Virus record (IMG/VR): IMGVR_UViG_3300045988_135522
Length of the DNA stretch: 64,000 nt
From: a virus
Strand: one strand, 5' to 3'
The notes under the pieces are model-generated. The model was not told the origin of the DNA. It made no database searches and saw only the letters and a program-made list of their open reading frames with translations. The position numbers and the translations under genes are program-made. Positions 17,530 to 24,269 of this stretch are shown here, one piece after another; positions within the stretch are counted from its first letter, which is position 1, and each line of letters begins with the position of its first letter.

Positions 17530-18061
17530 ATATTGGTATATGGTTAAGGCCTTATATCGCTTTTAGTGGCTTGGCTTATAGGCCTTTTATATTATAGGTT
17601 AAGGTACCTATATGGTACCCAACCAGGCCTTCAGATATTATATAATATAGGGGGAATGAATGCAATGAAAGGTGTATCCCAATGCAAGCAGGGGCATATC
17701 ATAGAAACTTAAGACTTACGGAATATAGTTTACTTGTTTATAAAACTAAGAACTTCTAGATTATGAAAGGCAGGGTACCCAATCCTAAGCCAACCCTGGG
17801 AACTTCAGGTTGAAAATAAAGGCAATGCAGGGTAGGAGCTAAGGCCTTAATTCATTTCGGACATATAGGACTCAACCCAGGAGCTAAGACCATTTTAAGA
17901 ACCGAACATTAAGACCTTCTATCAGAACCTTCTTTCAGGTACCCTGATGGTGCCAAGAAGGCCCACAAAGCAATTCCCATGCCAGGAATGTCCAGAAATA
18001 GCTCCCAGAAAGTTTTATGAAAATAAATGCTTCCGGGGCCACCAATTATAAATATTTGTTG

Positions 18062-18069
18062 TATATTTG
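18062..18069 (+). promoter_or_regulatory. -7 box (TATATTTG) without a clean -33 element
   Basis: TATATTTG at 18062-18069, 53 nt before ATG 18122. No TTTG at the family's 20-nt spacing. Confidence 0.4.
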
Positions 18070-18121
18070 TAATACAGAAAAGAACTAATAAAAGTTAAAC
18101 CAATTAAAAAATTTTACTATT

Positions 18122-18463
18122 ATGAAAGCAAATGAAATTTTAGCAATCGGCAATGAAATTTTTTCGACCAACGCAAGAAAATCTATTTACAAAAAAGAAA
18201 TTTTTGCAGAGTGCAAAACCGACAAAGAAAAAAAGAATCTGCGAATGAAGTTGCGTAAAAAGTTGGATAACTTTATTGCCGAAAGCATTGCATCGGCAAA
18301 GCAACCCGCCAAGTTGGCCGAACTCCGCAAGGCATGGCAATCCTATGCCACTCAGGTATATATTAACTCCACTGCAATAGTGGATGCCAATGCCAACACG
18401 GAGAAACGGAAATCCATCACCGACTTCCTTGCACTTATGCAACCGGCAAAGGGGGGTAAATAA
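18122..18463 (+). CDS. Lys-rich protein
   Basis: 113 aa. KTDKEKKNLRMKLRKKL tract. In-phase antisense ORF 18140-18442 indicates the TTA/CTA/TCA-poor codon class. Confidence 0.6.
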   Translation: MKANEILAIGNEIFSTNARKSIYKKEIFAECKTDKEKKNLRMKLRKKLDNFIAESIASAKQPAKLAELRKAWQSYATQVYINSTAIVDANANTEKRKSITDFLALMQPAKGGK

Positions 18464-18486
18464 AACCCCTACCGAGGTAATACCAA

Positions 18487-18518
18487 AGGGGACAAACCAA
18501 AATTTGTCCCCTATTTTT
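18487..18518 (+). terminator. hairpin terminator
   Basis: AGGGGACAAA(18487-18496)/TTTGTCCCCT(18503-18512) followed by ATTTTT. Confidence 0.7.
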
Positions 18519-18539
18519 AATAAAATTTATTTTTGCGAT

Positions 18540-18562
18540 AGGGACACCGTGGTCCCTTTTTT
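18540..18562 (+). terminator. second tandem hairpin terminator
   Basis: AGGGAC/GTCCCT stem followed by TTTTTT. Closes the + strand early region. Confidence 0.55.
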
Positions 18563-18752
18563 ATGCAAGGACTTTTTGGGCTCCTCGCATTAAGGGATTC
18601 CTGAATTATCCATTACCCTTAGCTCCTCCTGAAAGGCACCCACCGAATGGGCACATAACCACATCCCCCCTCTCCCTACACAAAATAAAGAACCCTACCA
18701 AAGGCTCTTCATAAAATTTTTCCAGGATATTTTTAGGCTCCTATTATAAGGC

Positions 18753-19154
18753 TCATGATTTAGCCTTATATATCCCTATAAGTCTATCAAAAGCCTTAAC
18801 CCTTACTTCACTATCCCACCTACTCCACCAAAATATTTCTCGAAGAGTCAACTTATGGTTTTGAAATTCCCTATAAGCCTCAGTAGTTTTATCCCCACCC
18901 AAGAACTCAAAGTTAAATTCAGGGATAAGTATAAAAGGCCATTCAGGAATGTACAATAGTTTACTATCAAATATTTTTGACTCATGTCCCATATTCTGTA
19001 AGATACAAATCAAAGACTTCTCTAATTCTGAATCCATTAATACAGCCAATTTGAATGACTTGCACATTCCACAATTAAAAATGGTATTCATATAAATCTC
19101 CTTGGCTTTGGTTATCCATTCCAGGATAATCCTATTCTTTTCTTTCTGTTCCAT
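18753..19154 (-). CDS. hypothetical protein
   Basis: 133-aa ORF, last gene of the minus-strand cluster. Confidence 0.55.
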   Translation of the reverse strand: MEQKEKNRIILEWITKAKEIYMNTIFNCGMCKSFKLAVLMDSELEKSLICILQNMGHESKIFDSKLLYIPEWPFILIPEFNFEFLGGDKTTEAYREFQNHKLTLREIFWWSRWDSEVRVKAFDRLIGIYKAKS

Positions 19155-19156
19155 GA

Positions 19157-19354
19157 TTAGGCATAGGGTTTAATTATAACTATTGTAAGGAATAATACCA
19201 GAATGCAAATTGTTCCAAATATGAATAACTCACCTATTATTTGTAATAATTTACTAGAATGTTTCTGCAACGAGCAAAGGACCCCACCCATTATTCCCAA
19301 TGTGAGTGTGAATCCCATAAGGAAGAAAAGGATATGAAATAAAAACCTTACCAT
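19157..19354 (-). CDS. small membrane protein (2 TM)
   Basis: 65 aa, almost entirely hydrophobic (FLFHILFFLMGFTLTLGIMGGVL; LFIFGTICILVLFLTIVII). Confidence 0.5.
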   Translation of the reverse strand: MVRFLFHILFFLMGFTLTLGIMGGVLCSLQKHSSKLLQIIGELFIFGTICILVLFLTIVIIKPYA

Positions 19355-19355
19355 A

Positions 19356-19514
19356 TCACCAAGTTGTTAGAATGTATTTACCATTTTTAATCTCTATTTG
19401 ATATCTCCATACCCCTATTTTAATAAGGGGTATCTTGCCTTCATTTAATCCGTTGTGTATAGAATTCTTCAAGTCTTCCATTAACCCCTCTAAGGTATCA
19501 AATGTTTCTTCCAT
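19356..19514 (-). CDS. possible 52-aa protein
   Basis: My own reverse-strand translation gives MEETFDTLEGLMEDLKNSIHNGLNEGKIPLIKIGVWRYQIEIKNGKYILTTW. Its stop lies 1 nt before the next ATG. Confidence 0.35.
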   Translation of the reverse strand: MEETFDTLEGLMEDLKNSIHNGLNEGKIPLIKIGVWRYQIEIKNGKYILTTW

Positions 19515-19578
19515 ATTGAGAATGAATTTTAAAGATATAGATCTAGGATAATCATTTCGGTAGAGGATTCACACAAAG

Positions 19579-19603
19579 AAAGGTGGGTATCAATCCCACC
19601 TTT
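19579..19603. terminator. hairpin (bidirectional terminator-like)
   Basis: AAAGGTGGG(19579-19587)/CCCACCTTT(19595-19603), immediately 3' of the 299-aa minus-strand gene. Confidence 0.6.
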
Positions 19604-19617
19604 TATATAATTAAGTA

Positions 19618-20517
19618 TTAGAACGTGACGTGGAAATTACCGATGGGATGAGAATCATCCGGTATATTGATATAAAACATGGATGATGTTGCCTTATCTT
19701 TAGCATATATATCAAGGCCCCATCCATCAGCTGTCATCCATGAGGTGTAGTTTAATTCTATGGATGTATTGAGGTACATATTGGCATAGTTATTGGGGTC
19801 ACTGAATCCCCTCCACAACCACTGCAAACCGTCGGAGGGCATAACCTGAGTCACCTTGCTAGTAAGGGTATCCCTTTCTCTCATGTATATCGGAGGGGTT
19901 ATCCTGAATATCTCTCCCCTATTGTGACTCATATTAGTGATATATACTTGAGGCACCTCCATTATCATATCATCCCAGCAGGTGATGGGACCTCTCCATT
20001 CGATATTTGAAACTTGGGGATTCTTAGCTTGCCATAATAACCATCTGGATTCATCTCCCAGGTAAAAATCTCCGATAGTGGACATACTACCTGAATCTAT
20101 GAATTGCAATTGGATTTTACAGGTCCGATAGGCATTAGCAGGGGGAGGGGTTATGCTAAAGTCTCCGTATCCTTTGGCATTCGTTAGGAGATTCAGCATC
20201 CCCGAAGGATTTATGTTCTCCTGATTTGCTCCTGAGCCAATAGAGGTATAGGTGGGAGTTATGGCCGAGTACGATGTAACCATAACTACGTATAATTGAT
20301 ATAAGTGATGGGGTGTGCTCATGAATCTGAATTCTATCGGGGTGTTTTCTTGTTCGTACCCATAATTTGGGATATACATTTTGACTGCACCCTTTAAGCC
20401 GGTTTTACTGATTACTCCCAGGTTGTTGTATTGGGTGCTGTTTTTGGTTTTCACATAAAGGGCGTTTTGAATAAAACTCTGCCCGATAGGCACGTTTTGG
20501 GAATGAAATAGTAACAT
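19618..20517 (-). CDS. hypothetical beta-rich protein, N-terminus MLLFHSQNVPI
   Basis: 299-aa ORF rich in aromatic residues, N, S and T. Its first 11 residues are identical to those of the divergent 20598-20942 product. Confidence 0.65.
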   Translation of the reverse strand: MLLFHSQNVPIGQSFIQNALYVKTKNSTQYNNLGVISKTGLKGAVKMYIPNYGYEQENTPIEFRFMSTPHHLYQLYVVMVTSYSAITPTYTSIGSGANQENINPSGMLNLLTNAKGYGDFSITPPPANAYRTCKIQLQFIDSGSMSTIGDFYLGDESRWLLWQAKNPQVSNIEWRGPITCWDDMIMEVPQVYITNMSHNRGEIFRITPPIYMRERDTLTSKVTQVMPSDGLQWLWRGFSDPNNYANMYLNTSIELNYTSWMTADGWGLDIYAKDKATSSMFYINIPDDSHPIGNFHVTF

Positions 20518-20550
20518 AGTCTTTCTAGTTAAGGTTCTTTATATACGCAT

Positions 20551-20578
20551 AAAAGTATTTCTTAGAAGAAATACTTTT
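20551..20578. repeat. inverted repeat (13-bp arms, 2-nt centre) between divergent genes
   Basis: AAAAGTATTTCTT ag AAGAAATACTTTT. Each arm carries a -7-like TACTTTTA box pointing outward (20572-20579 on +; 20550-20557 on -). Confidence 0.8.
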
Positions 20579-20597
20579 ACCCTTAAACACTAAGGTT

Positions 20598-20942
20598 ATG
20601 CTATTATTTCACTCTCAAAACGTGCCTATTAAAAAAAACTTAGTTAAAAACGGGTTAAGATGGAAGCCCGCAGTGGGTGAGGGGAAGGCCATAGTGGGTA
20701 AGTATTGGACATCCGGATACTTCTTACTTGATTACCCTGCTGAAACCCGGTTGACGGTCACTTTCTATAACAGTTTGGGTACCTATTGTAAATTGACGGT
20801 ACCGGAGGGTGGTTCCTCATCAAACATAATATTCCCGAGCTGGAGTATAGACGATAAGATCACAAGTATTCGTGATGTTACAATCACTCCTGTTAGTGAT
20901 GATAAATACGTATACTATTACAGGGGAGTGCAGTATAATTAG
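20598..20942 (+). CDS. hypothetical beta-rich protein, N-terminus MLLFHSQNVPI
   Basis: 114-aa ORF, the only + strand gene in the cluster. Shares its first 11 residues (and loosely about 23) with the 19618-20517 product. Confidence 0.6.
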   Translation: MLLFHSQNVPIKKNLVKNGLRWKPAVGEGKAIVGKYWTSGYFLLDYPAETRLTVTFYNSLGTYCKLTVPEGGSSSNIIFPSWSIDDKITSIRDVTITPVSDDKYVYYYRGVQYN

Positions 20943-20949
20943 ACAACAT

Positions 20950-20976
20950 AAAAGGTAGGAGATTCTCCTACCTTTT
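20950..20976. terminator. hairpin (bidirectional terminator-like)
   Basis: AAAAGGTAGGAG(20950-20961)/CTCCTACCTTTT(20965-20976). Same AAAGGT...ACCTTT outer stem as hairpin 19579-19603. Confidence 0.65.
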
Positions 20977-21005
20977 ATTGTATGTGGTAATTATTATTGT
21001 TCGGA

Positions 21006-21320
21006 TCACTGGGCTTTGGCCCTCTGTTTCAAATAAAACTTGGTTTCTACAAATAAATAGGGATAATCCTTATTGTCAGGGTCATATACCAAAGTATAAT
21101 CTACCCCTCTGACATTAGCCCTCATATAATGTAACTCTTTCCAGGATTCATCATTCAAATTTTTGATGACTTGATCAAAGGAAGGAACAAAACCCACCCT
21201 CTTTCTGACATATTGTTTCTGGGTTCTTAGTGTGCCTTTACCCACTTCTTCATAGAACATCTCTTCTACTATTCCTCCAGTTGCATAGAACTGATCCGGC
21301 GTATAAACTTTCACTGCCAT
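21006..21320 (-). CDS. hypothetical protein
   Basis: 104-aa ORF. Confidence 0.55.
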   Translation of the reverse strand: MAVKVYTPDQFYATGGIVEEMFYEEVGKGTLRTQKQYVRKRVGFVPSFDQVIKNLNDESWKELHYMRANVRGVDYTLVYDPDNKDYPYLFVETKFYLKQRAKAQ

Positions 21321-21335
21321 TTTATAATAACTTTA

Positions 21336-21686
21336 TCAAGGTTCCCAAATATCAAAGGATTGATCTCGATTTGTAGTGATCACTAAATCGTGGCTTTCTC
21401 TCTTTACCCTTAATTTTGAATACACTATGCCGTATTTCTTATAAAGGTTCACCTCGGTTTCGGTTATAATATTCTCGATATTACCCTTTAACCTGCTACT
21501 GAATTTTTGGGGTTGACCATTTATCAGAGAATTTATCTTTCCAGAGAGTCTATCTAAAATTAAACTGGGAATATCACCATCTATGATTATATTCTCTATA
21601 TAAGCATCCCATACGGGAATATCCCTCTTTTCCTGGTCACTTACTCTTGGGAGAATTATCTCGGTATTATTTCGTTTTATTGCCAT
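21336..21686 (-). CDS. hypothetical protein
   Basis: 116-aa ORF. Confidence 0.55.
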   Translation of the reverse strand: MAIKRNNTEIILPRVSDQEKRDIPVWDAYIENIIIDGDIPSLILDRLSGKINSLINGQPQKFSSRLKGNIENIITETEVNLYKKYGIVYSKLRVKRESHDLVITTNRDQSFDIWEP

Positions 21687-21921
21687 TTTTGAAAAGCACT
21701 TTGAAAGTTAGGGTGAATAGCCCTATGATCACTGCTGGGCTCACTGTCCAAATAAGGAATAAAACTCCATACCTAACTGGATTGGAAGCTTTTTTAAGAG
21801 GAGTTTCCTCTATTACGCTCCGGATAAATAGGCAGAATATGAACCCGAGAGTGTAGAATACCAAAAGAGTATAACCTAACCAGGCCGGAGCTGGGCTAGT
21901 ATTCATTAAGATATCAGACAT
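21667..21921 (-). CDS. small membrane protein
   Basis: 84 aa with 2-3 hydrophobic helices (WLGYTLLVFYTLGFIFCLFI; VLFLIWTVSPAVIIGLFTL). Confidence 0.5.
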   Translation of the reverse strand: MSDILMNTSPAPAWLGYTLLVFYTLGFIFCLFIRSVIEETPLKKASNPVRYGVLFLIWTVSPAVIIGLFTLTFKVLFKNGNKTK

Positions 21922-22109
21922 GATATGATTATTATGATGGTGATACAGACGATTAGTGTTTTTATGGCTTCTTTCTTACCTTTGGACCAAGACTCATTAC
22001 CCTCATATTCCTTGTTTACTCCTTTCAGAGCTTTCCAAGTCATTCCTCCACAGTATGCAGAGTAACCGATAACTCTGATTGTAAACCAATGTATCAAGAA
22101 ACGTATCAT
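21906..22109 (-). CDS. small membrane protein
   Basis: 67 aa with a hydrophobic C-terminal helix (LIVCITIIIIISCLI). Confidence 0.45.
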   Translation of the reverse strand: MIRFLIHWFTIRVIGYSAYCGGMTWKALKGVNKEYEGNESWSKGKKEAIKTLIVCITIIIIISCLIS

Positions 22110-22420
22110 TTTTTCTCCAGTTTTTCGATAATACGGCTTATTTTGGCAGCTGCATATCTGATTAGGTCAGGATTTTCTATCCCTTTCTTATTGATAGAGG
22201 CCAATTTCTCAATATCTCGGTTCAAATTTCTCTGTGCTACCATAGTTTTGTATTTTTCTTCGTTGAAAACCTCGATTTGATACTTAGAATTGAGAGGATT
22301 GAGGTCTCGATCTGTCTTAATACCATTCTCAAGAGTGTAAATTCCCTTTTTCCTCTCCTTAATAGCCGTCTTTTCAAAGAAGGCAGGACCTGTTACCAGT
22401 AATAAATCACCAACTTTCAT
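22106..22420 (-). CDS. hypothetical protein
   Basis: 104-aa ORF. ATGA-type overlap with the downstream gene. Confidence 0.55.
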   Translation of the reverse strand: MKVGDLLLVTGPAFFEKTAIKERKKGIYTLENGIKTDRDLNPLNSKYQIEVFNEEKYKTMVAQRNLNRDIEKLASINKKGIENPDLIRYAAAKISRIIEKLEKK

Positions 22421-22489
22421 GTAGTTTTGATATTAAATTTGCATATTAAAGTAGTCTTTGCAAGACCTTCCGGTATATATTATAAAATT

Positions 22490-23110
22490 CTATTTTTCGG
22501 GTTTGTTTTGGGTCAACTTAGTAATTACCTGATTTTTATTGATTAGTATATTGTGTATGGTTGTTAATCCCACCTTAAATTTATGCGACAAATATACCAT
22601 GGTACACTTGGGATGTCTCTCTTTATATCTAAGTATACGTAATTTTAGTCTATTAGAGTACTTACTATTCCCATTTTCTTCACCTACGAGTCCTATTTTA
22701 CAACCTCCGTTAAACCTACCATCTTCTTTACACTGTTGAATATTCTCTTTTTGAGTTCCCCAATACAAGTTACTCACTCGGTTATTTAACGGATTGTTAT
22801 CCTTGTGACATACGTAAGGTTTATTTTCTGGGTTAGGTATATAAGCTAAAGCCACTAACCGTGACACTTTTATTAACTTATTTATCACTCCATTTTCAGT
22901 ATGTGTACATACATGTACTCTATGATATTTATATAAACCATTACGGGATTTGAAAATCTGTATATTTAATTTTTTCCATTTACCGTTTCTTTTACTAAAA
23001 TATGTGCCGCTTGTAGTATTGTAATACCTATCTTTACGATAAACCTTACCAACCTTACTAACATAATAGTTAGGTATACCCGGTATATTCTCTCTCATAA
23101 TTTCATACAA
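22490..23110 (-). CDS. HNH homing endonuclease (NUMOD4 + HNH_3-like), free-standing
   Basis: IPGIPNYYVSKVGKVYR N-terminal motif and SRLVALAYIPNPENKPYVCHKDNNPLNNRVSNLYWGTQKEN HNH core. Paralogous to 57945-58427, 62845-63348 and the terL intein insert. Confidence 0.8.
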   Translation of the reverse strand: MYEIMRENIPGIPNYYVSKVGKVYRKDRYYNTTSGTYFSKRNGKWKKLNIQIFKSRNGLYKYHRVHVCTHTENGVINKLIKVSRLVALAYIPNPENKPYVCHKDNNPLNNRVSNLYWGTQKENIQQCKEDGRFNGGCKIGLVGEENGNSKYSNRLKLRILRYKERHPKCTMVYLSHKFKVGLTTIHNILINKNQVITKLTQNKPEK

Positions 23111-23122
23111 ATATTAACTACA

Positions 23123-24142
23123 ATGACAAATAGTAAATCTATTAGAATTATAGGGGTATGTGCTGCTCAAGGAGCTTTATTATTCCCGTTCCGTTCCCAG
23201 GAGATAGTAGCAAATATAGAACCCCGTTCGGTTTTTCATAGTAAGGGTGAACCTCAATGGAAGCTCAATTTCGGGGATATACCCTTTGTAAGGTCTTTAG
23301 AGGAGGTAAAAGCTCAAAAAATAGACCTGATACTCGGTTCTCCATCATGTGGACATAGCTCTGTATTCTCATACTCCAGGAAAAAATCCCTCGGTAAACC
23401 ACGGGAAGATGTCACCCTCAATTTATATCTTTCCAGTATTAAGAAATTCAAACCAGCAGTATTTATGCTGGAGAACCTCCCTAAACTTCTAGATTTTATC
23501 CCTATCGGGGAATGGGAGCATAATTTACCCGATTACAAACTTATAGTGCACTGTCATCCTGTTACGGTATTTGGTAATTCTCAACAAAGTAGGAAACGTT
23601 TGGTGTTAATAGGAGTCAGAAAAGACTCCAAGATCAATCCTCAGATCTTTGATCATACTTTTAGAGTTACTAAACCCAAAAATCTGTGTCAACTGAAGAA
23701 AGGAGTAAGGAGAGACATAAACTATAGAGAAGCTGATGATAAAAAATTGGCCATGTATCATTATGCAGATAAGTCAAAAACTACTTTGACAGTAGCTCAA
23801 GTGAGAAAGCTATGGAAAACTGAGTTCAAAAATGATTACAAATGGCCCATGAGAACTCAAAAGATGAAGACTCTCCCGGGAGTATATCGAAATAAGAAAA
23901 AGAGCTACCCATTAACCGTAAGACCTTCATCAAGGCAATTTAATCCCCACGGTAGAATAATGGGACTTGATGAATATAGGGTGATTATGGGTTTTCCCAA
24001 ATCATTCAAGGTATATTTTGACAATGATAATCCGACTTATTGGCTGAATAAAGGGAGAAATACCCTAACTAAGGGTGCCGTATATGAGAATTCATTGTGG
24101 TTAAAATCCTGTTTACAAAAGGCTGGTCTAATATCAAAATGA
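23123..24142 (+). CDS. DNA cytosine-5 methyltransferase-like protein (divergent motifs)
   Basis: Motif IV-like GSPSCGHSS, VI-like FMLENLPKL, VIII-like QQSRKRLVLIG and IX-like EYRVIMGFPKSF. Motif I is degenerate (IGVCAAQGA rather than FxGxG). Confidence 0.55.
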   Translation: MTNSKSIRIIGVCAAQGALLFPFRSQEIVANIEPRSVFHSKGEPQWKLNFGDIPFVRSLEEVKAQKIDLILGSPSCGHSSVFSYSRKKSLGKPREDVTLNLYLSSIKKFKPAVFMLENLPKLLDFIPIGEWEHNLPDYKLIVHCHPVTVFGNSQQSRKRLVLIGVRKDSKINPQIFDHTFRVTKPKNLCQLKKGVRRDINYREADDKKLAMYHYADKSKTTLTVAQVRKLWKTEFKNDYKWPMRTQKMKTLPGVYRNKKKSYPLTVRPSSRQFNPHGRIMGLDEYRVIMGFPKSFKVYFDNDNPTYWLNKGRNTLTKGAVYENSLWLKSCLQKAGLISK

Positions 24143-24179
24143 ATATCCCCTATCGCGTACGTATATGCGCAGTTATTGA

Positions 24180-24226
24180 GTATTTTTCTTTAGAAAAATA
24201 CGAAAATAACCTCCAGCTTGCTGGAG
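24180..24226 (+). terminator. two consecutive hairpins downstream of the methyltransferase gene
   Basis: GTATTTTTCT tt AGAAAAATAC (24180-24201) and CTCCAGC tt GCTGGAG (24211-24226). Confidence 0.5.
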
Positions 24227-24269
24227 TACTTAGCTTTTAAGTATTAGTTTTAAGATTTACTTTCTTTAA

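Larger units (their letters stand above)
16404..18060. repeat. ORF-poor field of short dispersed repeats and GC-core palindromes
   Basis: About 1.65 kb with a single 74-aa ORF. GGTTAAGG(CC/TACC) occurs at 16800, 17085, 17542 and 17597. GGTACCCAA at 16739, 17614 and 17774. AGGAGCTAA at 16680, 17834 and 17879. ATGCCAGGAAT at 17006 and 17979. GCTTTTAGTGGC at 17128 and 17559. GGCCTTTTAT at 16501, 17071 and 17581. 14-bp palindrome CTTAGGGCCCTAAG at 16694-16707. Confidence 0.75.

Noticed and set aside
16404-18060. Possibility that the repeat field is a CRISPR array or a tRNA/ncRNA gene cluster.
   Set aside because: The repeats are short (8-12 nt), of several different kinds and irregularly spaced, with no 25-40-nt direct repeat separated by unique spacers. 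I found no cloverleaf-compatible segment or GTTCRANYC T-loop flanked by a complementary stem. Small structured RNAs remain possible and are listed as a hypothesis in the findings.
20484-20632. Invertible promoter or shufflon-type switch between the two MLLFHSQNVPI genes.
   Set aside because: The inverted repeats differ at 5 of 33 positions, all synonymous, so they are not being homogenised by recombination. The spacer is itself nearly symmetric, so inversion would change little. No recombinase gene is nearby. This is not fully excluded, so a read-level check is suggested in the finding.
18753-23110. Minus-strand cluster as a lysogeny or immunity module.
   Set aside because: I recognised no integrase, excisionase, or CI/Cro-like helix-turn-helix repressor. 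The content is small membrane proteins, unknown proteins and a homing endonuclease. Nothing in the window argues for a temperate lifestyle.
22490-24142. HNH nuclease plus methyltransferase as a restriction-modification pair.
   Set aside because: The nuclease belongs to the NUMOD4/HNH_3 homing type and has three paralogues elsewhere in the window with no methyltransferase partner. The 12-bp head-to-head junction looks like an insertion rather than an operon.
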